Of a DNA stretch of 64,000 bases, positions 49,142 to 58,130 are shown in pieces. A program made the position numbers and the translations under genes. The first letter of the stretch is position 1; the number at the start of each line of letters is the position of its first letter. The stretch lies in the sequence record OR844650.1. The stretch is one strand, 5' to 3'. The notes below the pieces were generated by a model. The model had not been told where the DNA came from and ran no database searches. It was given only the letters and a program-made list of their open reading frames with translations.

Positions 49142-49205
49142 TAATTATAATAATAAAGGTGTCACTCATTTTGGGTGACACCATCATAACAAGTGAGGTA
49201 GTTAT

Positions 49206-49985
49206 ATGTTCACATATGTGAAAGGAAATTCAAAAGAAAATTATGAATTGGGAAACATTATTTCCAATCCAATTGGTGTAAAAGGACTTAAAGAACGTCC
49301 TGGTGCAACACCAGAAGATCCACAAACCTATCGTTATCTTTATAGTGATATTAGAACTCTTTATGGTATTTCAAGTAAAGATGGTTCCCCAGTAGAACCT
49401 AATGATGCTGTTAGAAAAGAAGAAGGTTTTTGGTGGTTAGTGTATAAAAATGTTGGAAATGTTAATGCTATTGAACAACCGTTGGAGTTTATTAAATTAA
49501 AAGATGAAAATCAACCTATTGTTGAATTTTTAGAAGACGCTACCGAAGAATATAAAGCACTAACTGTTCTTAAAACATATCATTATATTGATATGCCAAT
49601 AGCAGATGTTAAAGTTGATTTAAAAGCAAGAACTATATCAGAACGTACAAATCGTATGAATTCTGGTTATATGTTCAATGGTCATCGTTACAGTACTGAT
49701 ATGTCTGGTCGTCAAATGCTTCTTAATTACTATACACAAGTCACTTCAGGTTCTGAAAGTGTTTCTATTTTTCTTGATGACGCAATTGTAAAATTATCTG
49801 CTACTGAAATGACACAACTATACACTGGAGCCTTTGCTATGATTGAGCAATTGTTTACAGAATGTGACAATCAGTGTGCAGCAATTGATGCAGTTGATGA
49901 TTTAGATCCTGATGCAATTTATAAGGCACAACAAGCTGCAACTTGGGTATATGAAGGTGTTGATATTCCTGAACGTATACGTTAA
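49206..49985 (+). CDS. Putative tail-fibre assembly protein (DUF4376-like C-terminus)
   Basis: Follows the fibre; C-terminal RTNRMNSGYMFNGHRYSTD...IDAVDD pattern. Confidence 0.5.
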   Translation: MFTYVKGNSKENYELGNIISNPIGVKGLKERPGATPEDPQTYRYLYSDIRTLYGISSKDGSPVEPNDAVRKEEGFWWLVYKNVGNVNAIEQPLEFIKLKDENQPIVEFLEDATEEYKALTVLKTYHYIDMPIADVKVDLKARTISERTNRMNSGYMFNGHRYSTDMSGRQMLLNYYTQVTSGSESVSIFLDDAIVKLSATEMTQLYTGAFAMIEQLFTECDNQCAAIDAVDDLDPDAIYKAQQAATWVYEGVDIPERIR

Positions 49986-49991
49986 TTTTTT

Positions 49992-50022
49992 AAGGTCAAG
50001 CCTATGCTTGGCCTTTTCTTTT
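49992..50022 (+). terminator. Intrinsic terminator
   Basis: AAGGTCAAGC-CTAT-GCTTGGCCTT followed by a T-rich tail. Confidence 0.75.
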
Positions 50023-50069
50023 AACTAAAATAAATACATCATATAAATCTATTCTGAGGAAATATTTAA

Positions 50070-52034
50070 ATGAGTATAAATCGAATTAGAGGTGATGGTG
50101 GTGTAATTATTGATAGTAAATCTTTTTTAGAGTTACCGAAAGCACCATCAAAAGAAACCGCTGATGTAATAAGATCAGGGATGATTAGATACAATAAGGA
50201 ATGGAAATCATTTGAAGGTGTTCTGGATTTTGAAGATGGTACTATGGCATATCGTCGCTTTGCAAACTTAGATGCAAATGGTAAACTTCTTACTTCCCAA
50301 TTACCAGATTCAGTAACTAGTGGTTTACAGTTTGTTGGTACATACAATCCTATCCCAGATGATATTGATCCACCTTTAGCACAAACACCACTACCAGCAC
50401 CAGCAGCATCACTAAATGGTGATTATTATGTTGTTCGTGGTATTATGGATGCCGCACAAGCCCATTATGAAGCAAATAATCCACAAACAAGTCCTGTTAC
50501 ATTTACACCTACAAATCCAACTGGACAAGGTAATTGGATTGAAATTTTATATTATGTTGACTCTAATCCAAATATATCTGGTGCTAAACTAGTAACATAC
50601 GCTTTCGCTAGAATTATTCCTGCATCTATTCCTAGTACTGGTCATGATGGTCTTAAAAATTTAGCAACAGATGCTGACTTAACCAAACCATTTGCTTCAG
50701 GTGTTCCAATGAACCAAACCGCACTATCAGATGGTGATTGGATTATTATAACTGAAGATAAAAACATACGTCTACGCCAGTCAAGAACAAGCATTTCCGC
50801 TGCTTCAGTATTATATGACAATACTGTAATGATTGCAAATCATCGTCAATTTAGGACAAACGCAGGGACCGTTCAAACATCCATAGATAACGTTGTGATT
50901 GAGTGTTTACGTAGAACTGGTGATTCCATGTATAATGATGGAACAAGCGGCTCAGGGCGTTTTGGTGTGGTCTATGGTAGTGCAGCAGCACCAGCATTGA
51001 CATTTAATAACAATCCATTTGATCCAACCAATAACCCAGGTAATGATCCTGCAAAATGGTCAGACGCTAATACTGGTATGTTTCATCCAGCAGATGATGC
51101 AATTGGTTTCAGTACTGCTGGAACTGAACGTATTAGAATTAATAATTCAACATTAACATTATACCAAACAACTTCAACCCCAGCATCAACCCCAGTACTA
51201 AGATTTGATAATGCAACCAATACTAATGTTGGACTAAGTGCTAGTAGTAATATTATTTCATTTAGTTCAATGAATAAAGTACAAGTTGAATTTAAAAATG
51301 GTGAAAGTGCGTTTCATGGTAATATTGTGGTTGATGGTACAAGTACATTGACTGGTGATACATCAGCTAGTAATATCACTGCTAGTGGTAATTTGAACAT
51401 TCAAGGTAATACTACATTAGGCGATGCTGCATCTGATACAATTACAGTTAATGGAGTTAGTACGTTTACAGCAAACACTAATTTCAATGGAACAACTAAT
51501 AAATTTAAAAATATAAATCTATTAGCTAATGGTATAATTACATTAGAAAGTACTACTAATCAAAGTACAATCCAATTAGTTAGTTCTGATTTAAAACTAT
51601 CAATGGGTAATTATGCTGATGTAAGTATCTATGATAATGGAACTATAAGAACACGTTTTAATAGATATGGTATCCAATTACCAGTACTAGCTACTATTGA
51701 TAACTCTGTTGGTGTTGATGGTATGATTGCATACTCCAATACCGAGCGTACTTCAATGCAAAAAGTTCAAGGTCAATGGGTTCCAATTGGTTCAGGTTCA
51801 GTGAGAACCGATGCTTTTACAATTTCATCTTGGGTATTAAGTGGTAACTACTACACCCTTACTGTAACAGCCTCAAACATCGTCACAGCAGAGATACAGG
51901 AACAGGTTAGTCCTGGTGTCTATACTCGTGTTGAGGTCGATAGCGTTACGTTTAACGGCACTAACGTAGTGTTTAGTATACCTTCAACTCCTGATGTACG
52001 TTTCGACGGAAGAACATTGGTAACAATTAGATAA
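50070..52034 (+). CDS. Tail-fibre-related virion protein
   Basis: GSAAAPALTF...NTGMFHPADDAIGFSTAGTERIRI fibre motif; late-like AATAAATA at 50029-50036. Confidence 0.55.
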   Translation: MSINRIRGDGGVIIDSKSFLELPKAPSKETADVIRSGMIRYNKEWKSFEGVLDFEDGTMAYRRFANLDANGKLLTSQLPDSVTSGLQFVGTYNPIPDDIDPPLAQTPLPAPAASLNGDYYVVRGIMDAAQAHYEANNPQTSPVTFTPTNPTGQGNWIEILYYVDSNPNISGAKLVTYAFARIIPASIPSTGHDGLKNLATDADLTKPFASGVPMNQTALSDGDWIIITEDKNIRLRQSRTSISAASVLYDNTVMIANHRQFRTNAGTVQTSIDNVVIECLRRTGDSMYNDGTSGSGRFGVVYGSAAAPALTFNNNPFDPTNNPGNDPAKWSDANTGMFHPADDAIGFSTAGTERIRINNSTLTLYQTTSTPASTPVLRFDNATNTNVGLSASSNIISFSSMNKVQVEFKNGESAFHGNIVVDGTSTLTGDTSASNITASGNLNIQGNTTLGDAASDTITVNGVSTFTANTNFNGTTNKFKNINLLANGIITLESTTNQSTIQLVSSDLKLSMGNYADVSIYDNGTIRTRFNRYGIQLPVLATIDNSVGVDGMIAYSNTERTSMQKVQGQWVPIGSGSVRTDAFTISSWVLSGNYYTLTVTASNIVTAEIQEQVSPGVYTRVEVDSVTFNGTNVVFSIPSTPDVRFDGRTLVTIR

Positions 52035-52037
52035 TAA

Positions 52038-52065
52038 AAAAGGGAGAACTGATGTTCTCCCTTTT
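52038..52065. terminator. Bidirectional intrinsic terminator
   Basis: AAAAGGGAGAAC-TGAT-GTTCTCCCTTTT between convergent genes. Confidence 0.85.
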
Positions 52066-52068
52066 CGT

Positions 52069-52998
52069 TTATACAGCCATAGGTGCTTTAATTGTTGGCA
52101 TTGGGTTGTAATTCACTAATTTAAAAGAATCCATAGTGAAATCTTCAATATTAGTAATTGTAGGATCAAGCCACAATTCAGGTAATTCACGAGGTTTTCG
52201 CTGTAGTTGTTCTTTTACTTGTTCAACGTGGTTTTTATAAATGTGACAATCACCACCATTCCAAATAAATTCACCAACATCTAAACCAGTAATTTGTGCA
52301 ATCATATGAGTTAGTAGTGAGTAACTACTGATATTAAATGGAACTCCTAAAAATAGATCAGCGGAGCGTTGATGCAGAATACAGCTTAGTTTTCCTTGCA
52401 CTACACAAAATTGCACAAAGCTATGACAAGGTGGTAACGTCATATCATCAAGCTCACCAACGTTCCATGCACTTAGAATGTGGCGACGGCCATATGGATC
52501 GGACTTTATACCTTTGATTAGTTCTTGTAATTGGTCAGTTGTACGTTTCATAACAACACCATGTGAACCAGTATAATCGATAACTTTGTATCCTTTATCT
52601 TTTAATTCTTGAATTTCTTCAGTACTGGAACTAAATTTATAATCTTCCCATTCACGCCATTGCTTACCATACACTGGACCTAACTCACCATCAGTATAAC
52701 CAAGAGCAACGCCTTGATTTAGGTAATTATCTGTCCAAATAGTTTTCTTTTCTGTATCACGAGTTCCATGCAAAATTTCACAAAGGCGACGCTCATCATG
52801 GGAACCTTCAATAAACCATAGTAATTCTGAAGTCATTGCTTTCCAAGCTAGACGTTTTGTCGTCACTGCTGGGAAACCATCTTTAAGGTCAAAACGCATT
52901 TGTTGACCGATAAGTTTGATTGTTCCAACACCAGTACGGTCAACGCTTTCTACGCCTTCATCTAGAATTTTTTGATATAGTTCTTGTAGTTGTTTCAT
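52069..52998 (-). CDS. thyA: Thymidylate synthase (ThyA / T4 td)
   Basis: DRTGVGT, ELLWFI, GPVYGKQWR, LPPCH, QRSADLFLGVPFNISSY, GDCHIY. Confidence 0.97.
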   Translation of the reverse strand: MKQLQELYQKILDEGVESVDRTGVGTIKLIGQQMRFDLKDGFPAVTTKRLAWKAMTSELLWFIEGSHDERRLCEILHGTRDTEKKTIWTDNYLNQGVALGYTDGELGPVYGKQWREWEDYKFSSSTEEIQELKDKGYKVIDYTGSHGVVMKRTTDQLQELIKGIKSDPYGRRHILSAWNVGELDDMTLPPCHSFVQFCVVQGKLSCILHQRSADLFLGVPFNISSYSLLTHMIAQITGLDVGEFIWNGGDCHIYKNHVEQVKEQLQRKPRELPELWLDPTITNIEDFTMDSFKLVNYNPMPTIKAPMAV

Positions 52999-53591
52999 TA
53001 TTCTTCCTTGAAAAATGTAATAAAATGTTCCATATGTTTTTCGGTGGCATTGCGTGAACCAATACCAGTCCAGTTACCATGTGGTGCTGGAACGACGAAT
53101 GTTTGTGTGAACTCTTTCAGTACTGTATCGAAATAAAATACTGAACGTGAATTCATATCATAACAATAAATTTCAGGATTTTCAACTGAATCCATATACA
53201 TCTGTACTGCCCATGCAGTACCACCACTTACCTTAGTTGGTGATGTGATATTTGCAATACAATATATTCTTTCTGTATTAAGTATCTGATAACTATTCCT
53301 TGCAAGTAAGTTGTAAACATAAGAACCAGGTTTTGGTACTTTTCGCTGCAACGAGTAACATGCAATGTTTAGTTGATTTAATATAGAAATATCAGATAGA
53401 ATATTGGATGGTATTTCTAATATAGTACTTTCATCTACACTATGCTCATGACCTTTGAATGAAAAATTAATAACTTCAAATCCATTATTTTTTGCATAGA
53501 TAGAAAAAAGGCGGTCAGCACCTGCTGCCCCGCCACTAAAACATACATTAGATAAACCTTTAATTGCTTCATCTAATTCATTCTTTTTCAT
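52998..53591 (-). CDS. SLOG-superfamily (YspA/DprA-like) nucleotide-binding protein
   Basis: SGGAAGAD, SGGTAWAV and TGIGSR glycine motifs. Confidence 0.55.
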   Translation of the reverse strand: MKKNELDEAIKGLSNVCFSGGAAGADRLFSIYAKNNGFEVINFSFKGHEHSVDESTILEIPSNILSDISILNQLNIACYSLQRKVPKPGSYVYNLLARNSYQILNTERIYCIANITSPTKVSGGTAWAVQMYMDSVENPEIYCYDMNSRSVFYFDTVLKEFTQTFVVPAPHGNWTGIGSRNATEKHMEHFITFFKEE

Positions 53592-53594
53592 ATT

Positions 53595-54251
53595 TTATTT
53601 TGCTTTACGTTCTGCAAATAGTTGTTTTACTTTCTCAATAGCTTTAGTCTGTGAAATACCTTCTGGAATTTCTAGATAAATTGTTTTACTATCTTTCGGT
53701 TGTTCAACAACTTGTGTTTGCGGACGCAAGCTTGGCTCTAAATTGTATGCACGTTCATAATGTTCTTTAGCCAGTTTTTCATATTTTTGTGCATCAGTGA
53801 GAAGTTGTTCTACAATAGTAGCTTCTTCTACTTTAGTGTCCGCTTCTTGTGGATTGAATGGGTTAAAGTCTTTTACTTTACCATCTTCTTGTACTTTCGC
53901 TTGATTTTCATCTAATGCTTTGTTTAGAACATCAAGAGAAATTTTATTATTACCACCAGTGTGCATATCAATGTCACAAGTACGAACGCGACGTAGATGC
54001 TGCATGTTGTGTAGAACATCTAGCATTTTGCGTCCATCGAGATAACCAATTTTATGCATTACTTCCCACAAATCAATATTAGATTGACCATGACCCATAA
54101 CAATATCAGTTACTGCGTGTACATATGCTTCTGGTAGTGAATCACGATAAACGATAAGGCAGTGTTCAGGATCATCTGGTAGTGAACGCCAAACAACAAA
54201 AACACGAGAACCTGTATTACGCATTACACCAACATGACGAATAGCTGCCAT
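53595..54251 (-). CDS. Conserved hypothetical phage protein
   Basis: 218-aa ORF in the operon (RBS GGAG); no recognisable motif. Confidence 0.7.
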   Translation of the reverse strand: MAAIRHVGVMRNTGSRVFVVWRSLPDDPEHCLIVYRDSLPEAYVHAVTDIVMGHGQSNIDLWEVMHKIGYLDGRKMLDVLHNMQHLRRVRTCDIDMHTGGNNKISLDVLNKALDENQAKVQEDGKVKDFNPFNPQEADTKVEEATIVEQLLTDAQKYEKLAKEHYERAYNLEPSLRPQTQVVEQPKDSKTIYLEIPEGISQTKAIEKVKQLFAERKAK

Positions 54252-54253
54252 AA

Positions 54254-54514
54254 TTATTCTCCTTTATCTTCTTGAGTTTCACTATCTTGTGATTCAGCTT
54301 CTTCTTTAGCTGCATCTTCTTGTGCTTTAATATCTTCAAGAGCTACATTTGCAAAAGAAACAAATTTAGATACAACTGGAGCAACCTCAACAAGTTCTTC
54401 AACTTTAAAGGTGTTTCGTGCAACAGCAGCTTCCATGATTTTTGCAGCATTGATTAGGTCTAGAAGGGTTAGTTGAATTTGATTATTTTCTTGTTCCATT
54501 TTAATACTCTCCAT
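54254..54514 (-). CDS. Small acidic hypothetical protein
   Basis: 86 aa, RBS GGAG, first gene after the 54534 promoter. Confidence 0.7.
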   Translation of the reverse strand: MESIKMEQENNQIQLTLLDLINAAKIMEAAVARNTFKVEELVEVAPVVSKFVSFANVALEDIKAQEDAAKEEAESQDSETQEDKGE

Positions 54515-54533
54515 GTATATTGGTACATTAACT

Positions 54534-54563
54534 ATTATATCATATTTTTATAAGTTGTCCCAC
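54534..54563 (-). promoter_or_regulatory. Promoter GTGGGACA-N16-TATAAT driving the thyA operon
   Basis: Minus strand reads GTGGGACAacttataaaaatatgaTATAAT. Confidence 0.65.
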
Positions 54564-54566
54564 TTA

Positions 54567-54596
54567 TAAAAGAAGAGAACGGAATTTTCCGTTCTC
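54567..54596 (-). terminator. Intrinsic terminator after the VWA gene
   Basis: GAGAACGGAA/TTCCGTTCTC stem followed by a T-rich tail on the minus strand. Confidence 0.75.
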
Positions 54597-54608
54597 ATTA
54601 TTTAGTAC

Positions 54609-56033
54609 TTAACTACGTTGACGCTTTTTATCAGCTTCATATTCGTAGTGTACAGTCTCACCAAATGGTGCAACTTTATTTGGGTTACTGTGAATCACGA
54701 ACAGTGTTTTACAGTAGTTTGGATCACCCCATGACTGCCACGGTTCACCATCAGTAAACATTACAAGCTGTTTAGGCTTGTAGTTGTCGTTCTTCATATG
54801 AACCCATACTGCTTCAAAGTCAGTACCACCACCACCTTTTACTGGATATTCCAGAATCTTACGTTCTTCGCCAGTTTTGTAATCCTTTACAGTATAAACT
54901 TCAGTATCAAAAGTCATGATACGAATCTTAAACTGTTTGAATTGTTTAGTGATGCCAAGAACTTCACTAATGAAATCACGAAGCATATCTTCAGAAATAG
55001 ACCCAGAAGCATCTAGTGCAATCGCAATATCAATATCATCATCTGGTTTCATCCCTGGGTAAATTGGATTACCATAGAATGAGCCATTAGAACCAAAACC
55101 TGCACCCCAAGAACGACGATTCGGATTTTGATATGTTGCATCAGACTTCAACCAACTACGAAGTGTACGTTGAAGTTTTGAACGCCAGTCAATCTTTGGT
55201 TCTTTAAAGTTGTTAATCATACGAGCGATTTCTGCTGGTGTACCACCTGCACGAGCAGCATTCATCATTGCTGTTTTGAAATCATCCATGTAATCACGTT
55301 TTTGCTGTTCACTTGAACCACCCTCTTGACCTTCTTGTGGAACGTCATGCTGGTCAATGGTAGTACCTTTTGGTTTACCCTTACCATCTTTAATATCGCC
55401 AAAAGTACCGCGATTTTTACCTTCACCTTCACCGCCGCCACTTTGTGGTTGACCTTCACCTTCACCATCTTCTTTTTGTTCTTCTTCTTCAAGAAGAATG
55501 TAAATCTCTTCTGCGGTCATGCCTTCATATTTTTTATCATACAACCATGAACTTTGGATTTTCCCAATTTTCTCACGAACGATGATTTGGTTAATGGCAT
55601 AATCCGCTGCACGGTTATAACGTTGTGGATCACGCATACCACGACGAAGGAAGTGATCGTAAGCACAGTGTAGAATTTCATGACAAATTACAGCAACAAG
55701 GTTTTCATCAGTCAAACCTTCAGTCATTTCTTTTAATTGTTCGTCTGTAACTTCAGGGTGCTTTTCACGAATAGCTTCTTCATATTCTTTCTTTTTAGAT
55801 GGGTCTTGAATGCCCATTACAAATTCTACGTTGTAGAATAGATGTTTACCATCCACTGCTAGAGTACGACACCATGTATTATTAGGAACTGGACGTAAAC
55901 GTGAAGCGAGTACACCAAAGAATGGTGCAGTTAACATCAAAGATGTACGAGCCAGAACCAGACGTTCTTGACATTCTTTCTGGAGTGCCGGAGATACTTC
56001 ATTGAATCTTGAAGTAGATTTGTTATCTGACAT
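54609..56033 (-). CDS. HExxH metallopeptidase-like + VWA domain protein (DUF2201-type)
   Basis: CHEILHC, N.AADYAIN, MIDAS motif DASGS, GGGGTDF, LVMFTDG. Confidence 0.85.
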   Translation of the reverse strand: MSDNKSTSRFNEVSPALQKECQERLVLARTSLMLTAPFFGVLASRLRPVPNNTWCRTLAVDGKHLFYNVEFVMGIQDPSKKKEYEEAIREKHPEVTDEQLKEMTEGLTDENLVAVICHEILHCAYDHFLRRGMRDPQRYNRAADYAINQIIVREKIGKIQSSWLYDKKYEGMTAEEIYILLEEEEQKEDGEGEGQPQSGGGEGEGKNRGTFGDIKDGKGKPKGTTIDQHDVPQEGQEGGSSEQQKRDYMDDFKTAMMNAARAGGTPAEIARMINNFKEPKIDWRSKLQRTLRSWLKSDATYQNPNRRSWGAGFGSNGSFYGNPIYPGMKPDDDIDIAIALDASGSISEDMLRDFISEVLGITKQFKQFKIRIMTFDTEVYTVKDYKTGEERKILEYPVKGGGGTDFEAVWVHMKNDNYKPKQLVMFTDGEPWQSWGDPNYCKTLFVIHSNPNKVAPFGETVHYEYEADKKRQRS

Positions 56034-56057
56034 GTATATTTCCTCGTTTAGTTAAGA

Positions 56058-56088
56058 TAAAAGAAGGATACCATTAGGCATCCTTCTT
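56058..56088 (-). terminator. Intrinsic terminator between the AAA and VWA genes
   Basis: Minus strand reads AAGAAGGATGCC-TAAT-GGTATCCTTCTT followed by TTT. Confidence 0.65.
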
Positions 56089-56107
56089 GTCAACAACTCT
56101 TTGTTAA

Positions 56108-57433
56108 TTAGCCAAGAGAGCGTGCTTTACGTACAAGATCAGAGTACTTAGCGATGAAATCTTTAAACGCTGGTACATCTTTAATGGAAATCGCAACCTT
56201 ATGAAGCGTGATGGTACGAATTGCCAGTACTGCCAGTTCTGCTTGAGTTGCAGAGAAGTTATGGTCTAGGAAGGTGATGAAGTTGTTACACAGTTTACCC
56301 CATTCTTCCACTGGTAGACGTTGTTCTTGCTTCTCATTGAACAGGTCGATAATTTTATAAACCAAGTTCAGAGTGATAAAGTAGTTCGCAGAAATATCCA
56401 GCGTTGCGTCGATTTCTTTGATTTCACCAGACAGAATAGACATAGTATCTGGTAATTTAGCAACGTTCTCAACGTACTCAATGTATTCAGTTGCAACACC
56501 TTCACCAACACGACCAGCAATCATTGCACGGAACACTTCTTTATCAATTGTCTTAGTTTTCTTGAGATCTTCGTAGCGTGCTACTGCTTCCCATGAACGT
56601 GGAGAAGTACCACCACTGTGAGAAGGATCTTGTGGACTAAGTGTGTTAAAGTACTTAGAACCAGTGTTGTTGATGAACGCAACAGTTGCTGGGTTCAAAC
56701 GTTTTGCAATCGCATAATCGTTAATCCAATCTTGATGATAAGGAATCATCTCAATGTGAGTCATACGGTCACGCAGTGGTGTAGCAAGAGAGAAAGTTAC
56801 ACCGCCATCAGTTTCACGGTTACCTGCTGCAAGAATCAGTGCAGTCTTAGGTAGCTTCATCTCACCAACACAACGGTCGAGGATTAGCTGATAAGACGCT
56901 GCCTGAACAATAGGCATTGCAGAGTTAATTTCGTCAAACAGAATAACACCTTTCCAATCTTCGGACAATTTCAGAACTTTAGGTGCAGCCCATACTACCG
57001 CAGTTTCAGCTACATAATCTTTTGCTTCGGCAAGCTCAGATTCTTTCAGAAGAGAACCGTCAGTTTTACGGAAAAGCTTCTCTGGTACTGGAATACCGCG
57101 AAGGTCACTTGGTTCGATTTGAGACAAACGGAAATCGATAAAGTTAGTATCTTGGTCGATTAGTTTTGCTTCAAATGCAGCCAGTTCACGGCGTAGCTGA
57201 TCAGCATTTTCAGGGTCAGCTTCGATTTGTTGTTTCATGAACTCGATTTTAGCTACGTTATCTTTACGCAGTGGGTAATTTTCATCAGCGTATTGACGAG
57301 CGATTGCAGACTTACCGATACCTGGGCTACCCCAAATCATCAGGCTATCTTGAATCATGTCAGCTAGTGCCATTGCTTCTTTAGCTTTCTTTGGAGTCAG
57401 TTTAACGTTCAGGATATCGTTTTGAGTAGTCAT
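56108..57433 (-). CDS. MoxR-family AAA+ ATPase
   Basis: GSPGIGKS Walker A, ILFDEIN Walker B, AAGNR sensor, LRDR arginine finger, SPRSW. Confidence 0.88.
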   Translation of the reverse strand: MTTQNDILNVKLTPKKAKEAMALADMIQDSLMIWGSPGIGKSAIARQYADENYPLRKDNVAKIEFMKQQIEADPENADQLRRELAAFEAKLIDQDTNFIDFRLSQIEPSDLRGIPVPEKLFRKTDGSLLKESELAEAKDYVAETAVVWAAPKVLKLSEDWKGVILFDEINSAMPIVQAASYQLILDRCVGEMKLPKTALILAAGNRETDGGVTFSLATPLRDRMTHIEMIPYHQDWINDYAIAKRLNPATVAFINNTGSKYFNTLSPQDPSHSGGTSPRSWEAVARYEDLKKTKTIDKEVFRAMIAGRVGEGVATEYIEYVENVAKLPDTMSILSGEIKEIDATLDISANYFITLNLVYKIIDLFNEKQEQRLPVEEWGKLCNNFITFLDHNFSATQAELAVLAIRTITLHKVAISIKDVPAFKDFIAKYSDLVRKARSLG

Positions 57434-57474
57434 GTATATATTTCCTTTTGTTGGATAAAATCGTTTAAGTTTCT

Positions 57475-57503
57475 ATTATAGCCAATCCGTGGGCAAAAGT
57501 AAA
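57475..57503 (-). promoter_or_regulatory. Sigma70-type promoter TTTACT-N17-TATAAT
   Basis: Upstream of the AAA gene; resembles the T4 early GTTTAC -35. Confidence 0.55.
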
Positions 57504-57602
57504 GGAACTGTGTTAAAATAATTTAACTTATCAGTTCCTTTGTTACTTCATGAATCATCCGTGTGTTTAAAAGGTAAATCTCTTTGCTGTCTTGATGTGA
57601 AC

Positions 57603-57630
57603 ATTATATCACATCGTTTCAACTTGTCAA
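57603..57630 (-). promoter_or_regulatory. Consensus sigma70 promoter TTGACA-N16-TATAAT (extended -10)
   Basis: Minus strand reads TTGACAagttgaaacgatgtgaTATAAT. Confidence 0.8.
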
Positions 57631-57695
57631 TCACTTTTTTTCTTTTTTTTCAAACTCACATCTTGTGTCGCTTGAAAACTTTATGTCTGATGCTT

Positions 57696-57723
57696 ATTGT
57701 ATCACATCATTCTATCTTGTCAA
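57696..57723 (-). promoter_or_regulatory. Sigma70 promoter TTGACA-N16-TACAAT (extended -10)
   Basis: Minus strand reads TTGACAagatagaatgatgtgaTACAAT. Confidence 0.75.
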
Positions 57724-57746
57724 CATTTATTTTTAATTCATTTTTC

Positions 57747-58127
57747 TTACATATGAATAGAAAATAACTGTTTAAAATCATCACAACACAATGTTAATTC
57801 AGTTATTATCATTGCATCTGTCAGATATATGTACTGACCTTCAACATAATAAGGTGAAGTACATATTCTGTCAAGTGATGTAAACATTATAGAACTTTTA
57901 AATTCTCTTTGCAAGGGGATTTTGGTAAATTCATAAAGATTATTTTCTTTACAAATTCCATACCCAAACTTGCTAAGACGTAAACCACCGCCAGTTCTGA
58001 AATTTTCAAAAATTGACATCAGAAGCATACGGTCTGTTATTTCTGAATCTGATTCATGTACTTCCCTAACTTTGGAAAGTACATTATTTTGATATTCAGT
58101 ACTGTTATGTGATGGTTCTGGAAACAT
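57747..58127 (-). CDS. Hypothetical protein
   Basis: 126-aa ORF tightly packed after the 58131 gene. Confidence 0.65.
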   Translation of the reverse strand: MFPEPSHNSTEYQNNVLSKVREVHESDSEITDRMLLMSIFENFRTGGGLRLSKFGYGICKENNLYEFTKIPLQREFKSSIMFTSLDRICTSPYYVEGQYIYLTDAMIITELTLCCDDFKQLFSIHM

Positions 58128-58130
58128 ATA

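Noticed and set aside
52069-52998. Thymidylate synthase as a dCMP hydroxymethylase (modified-base pathway) or an intron-containing td
   Set aside because: It keeps the dUMP-specifying Asn (VPFNISSY), and the ORF is continuous with no intron.
57594-57723. 46-47-bp periodic repeats as a mini-CRISPR array
   Set aside because: The conserved core is only 7 nt, the units coincide with promoter elements, and there are no cas genes.
57540-57767. 75-aa plus-strand ORF in the promoter-repeat interval
   Set aside because: No RBS, antisense to strong promoters, and its composition reflects the regulatory repeats.
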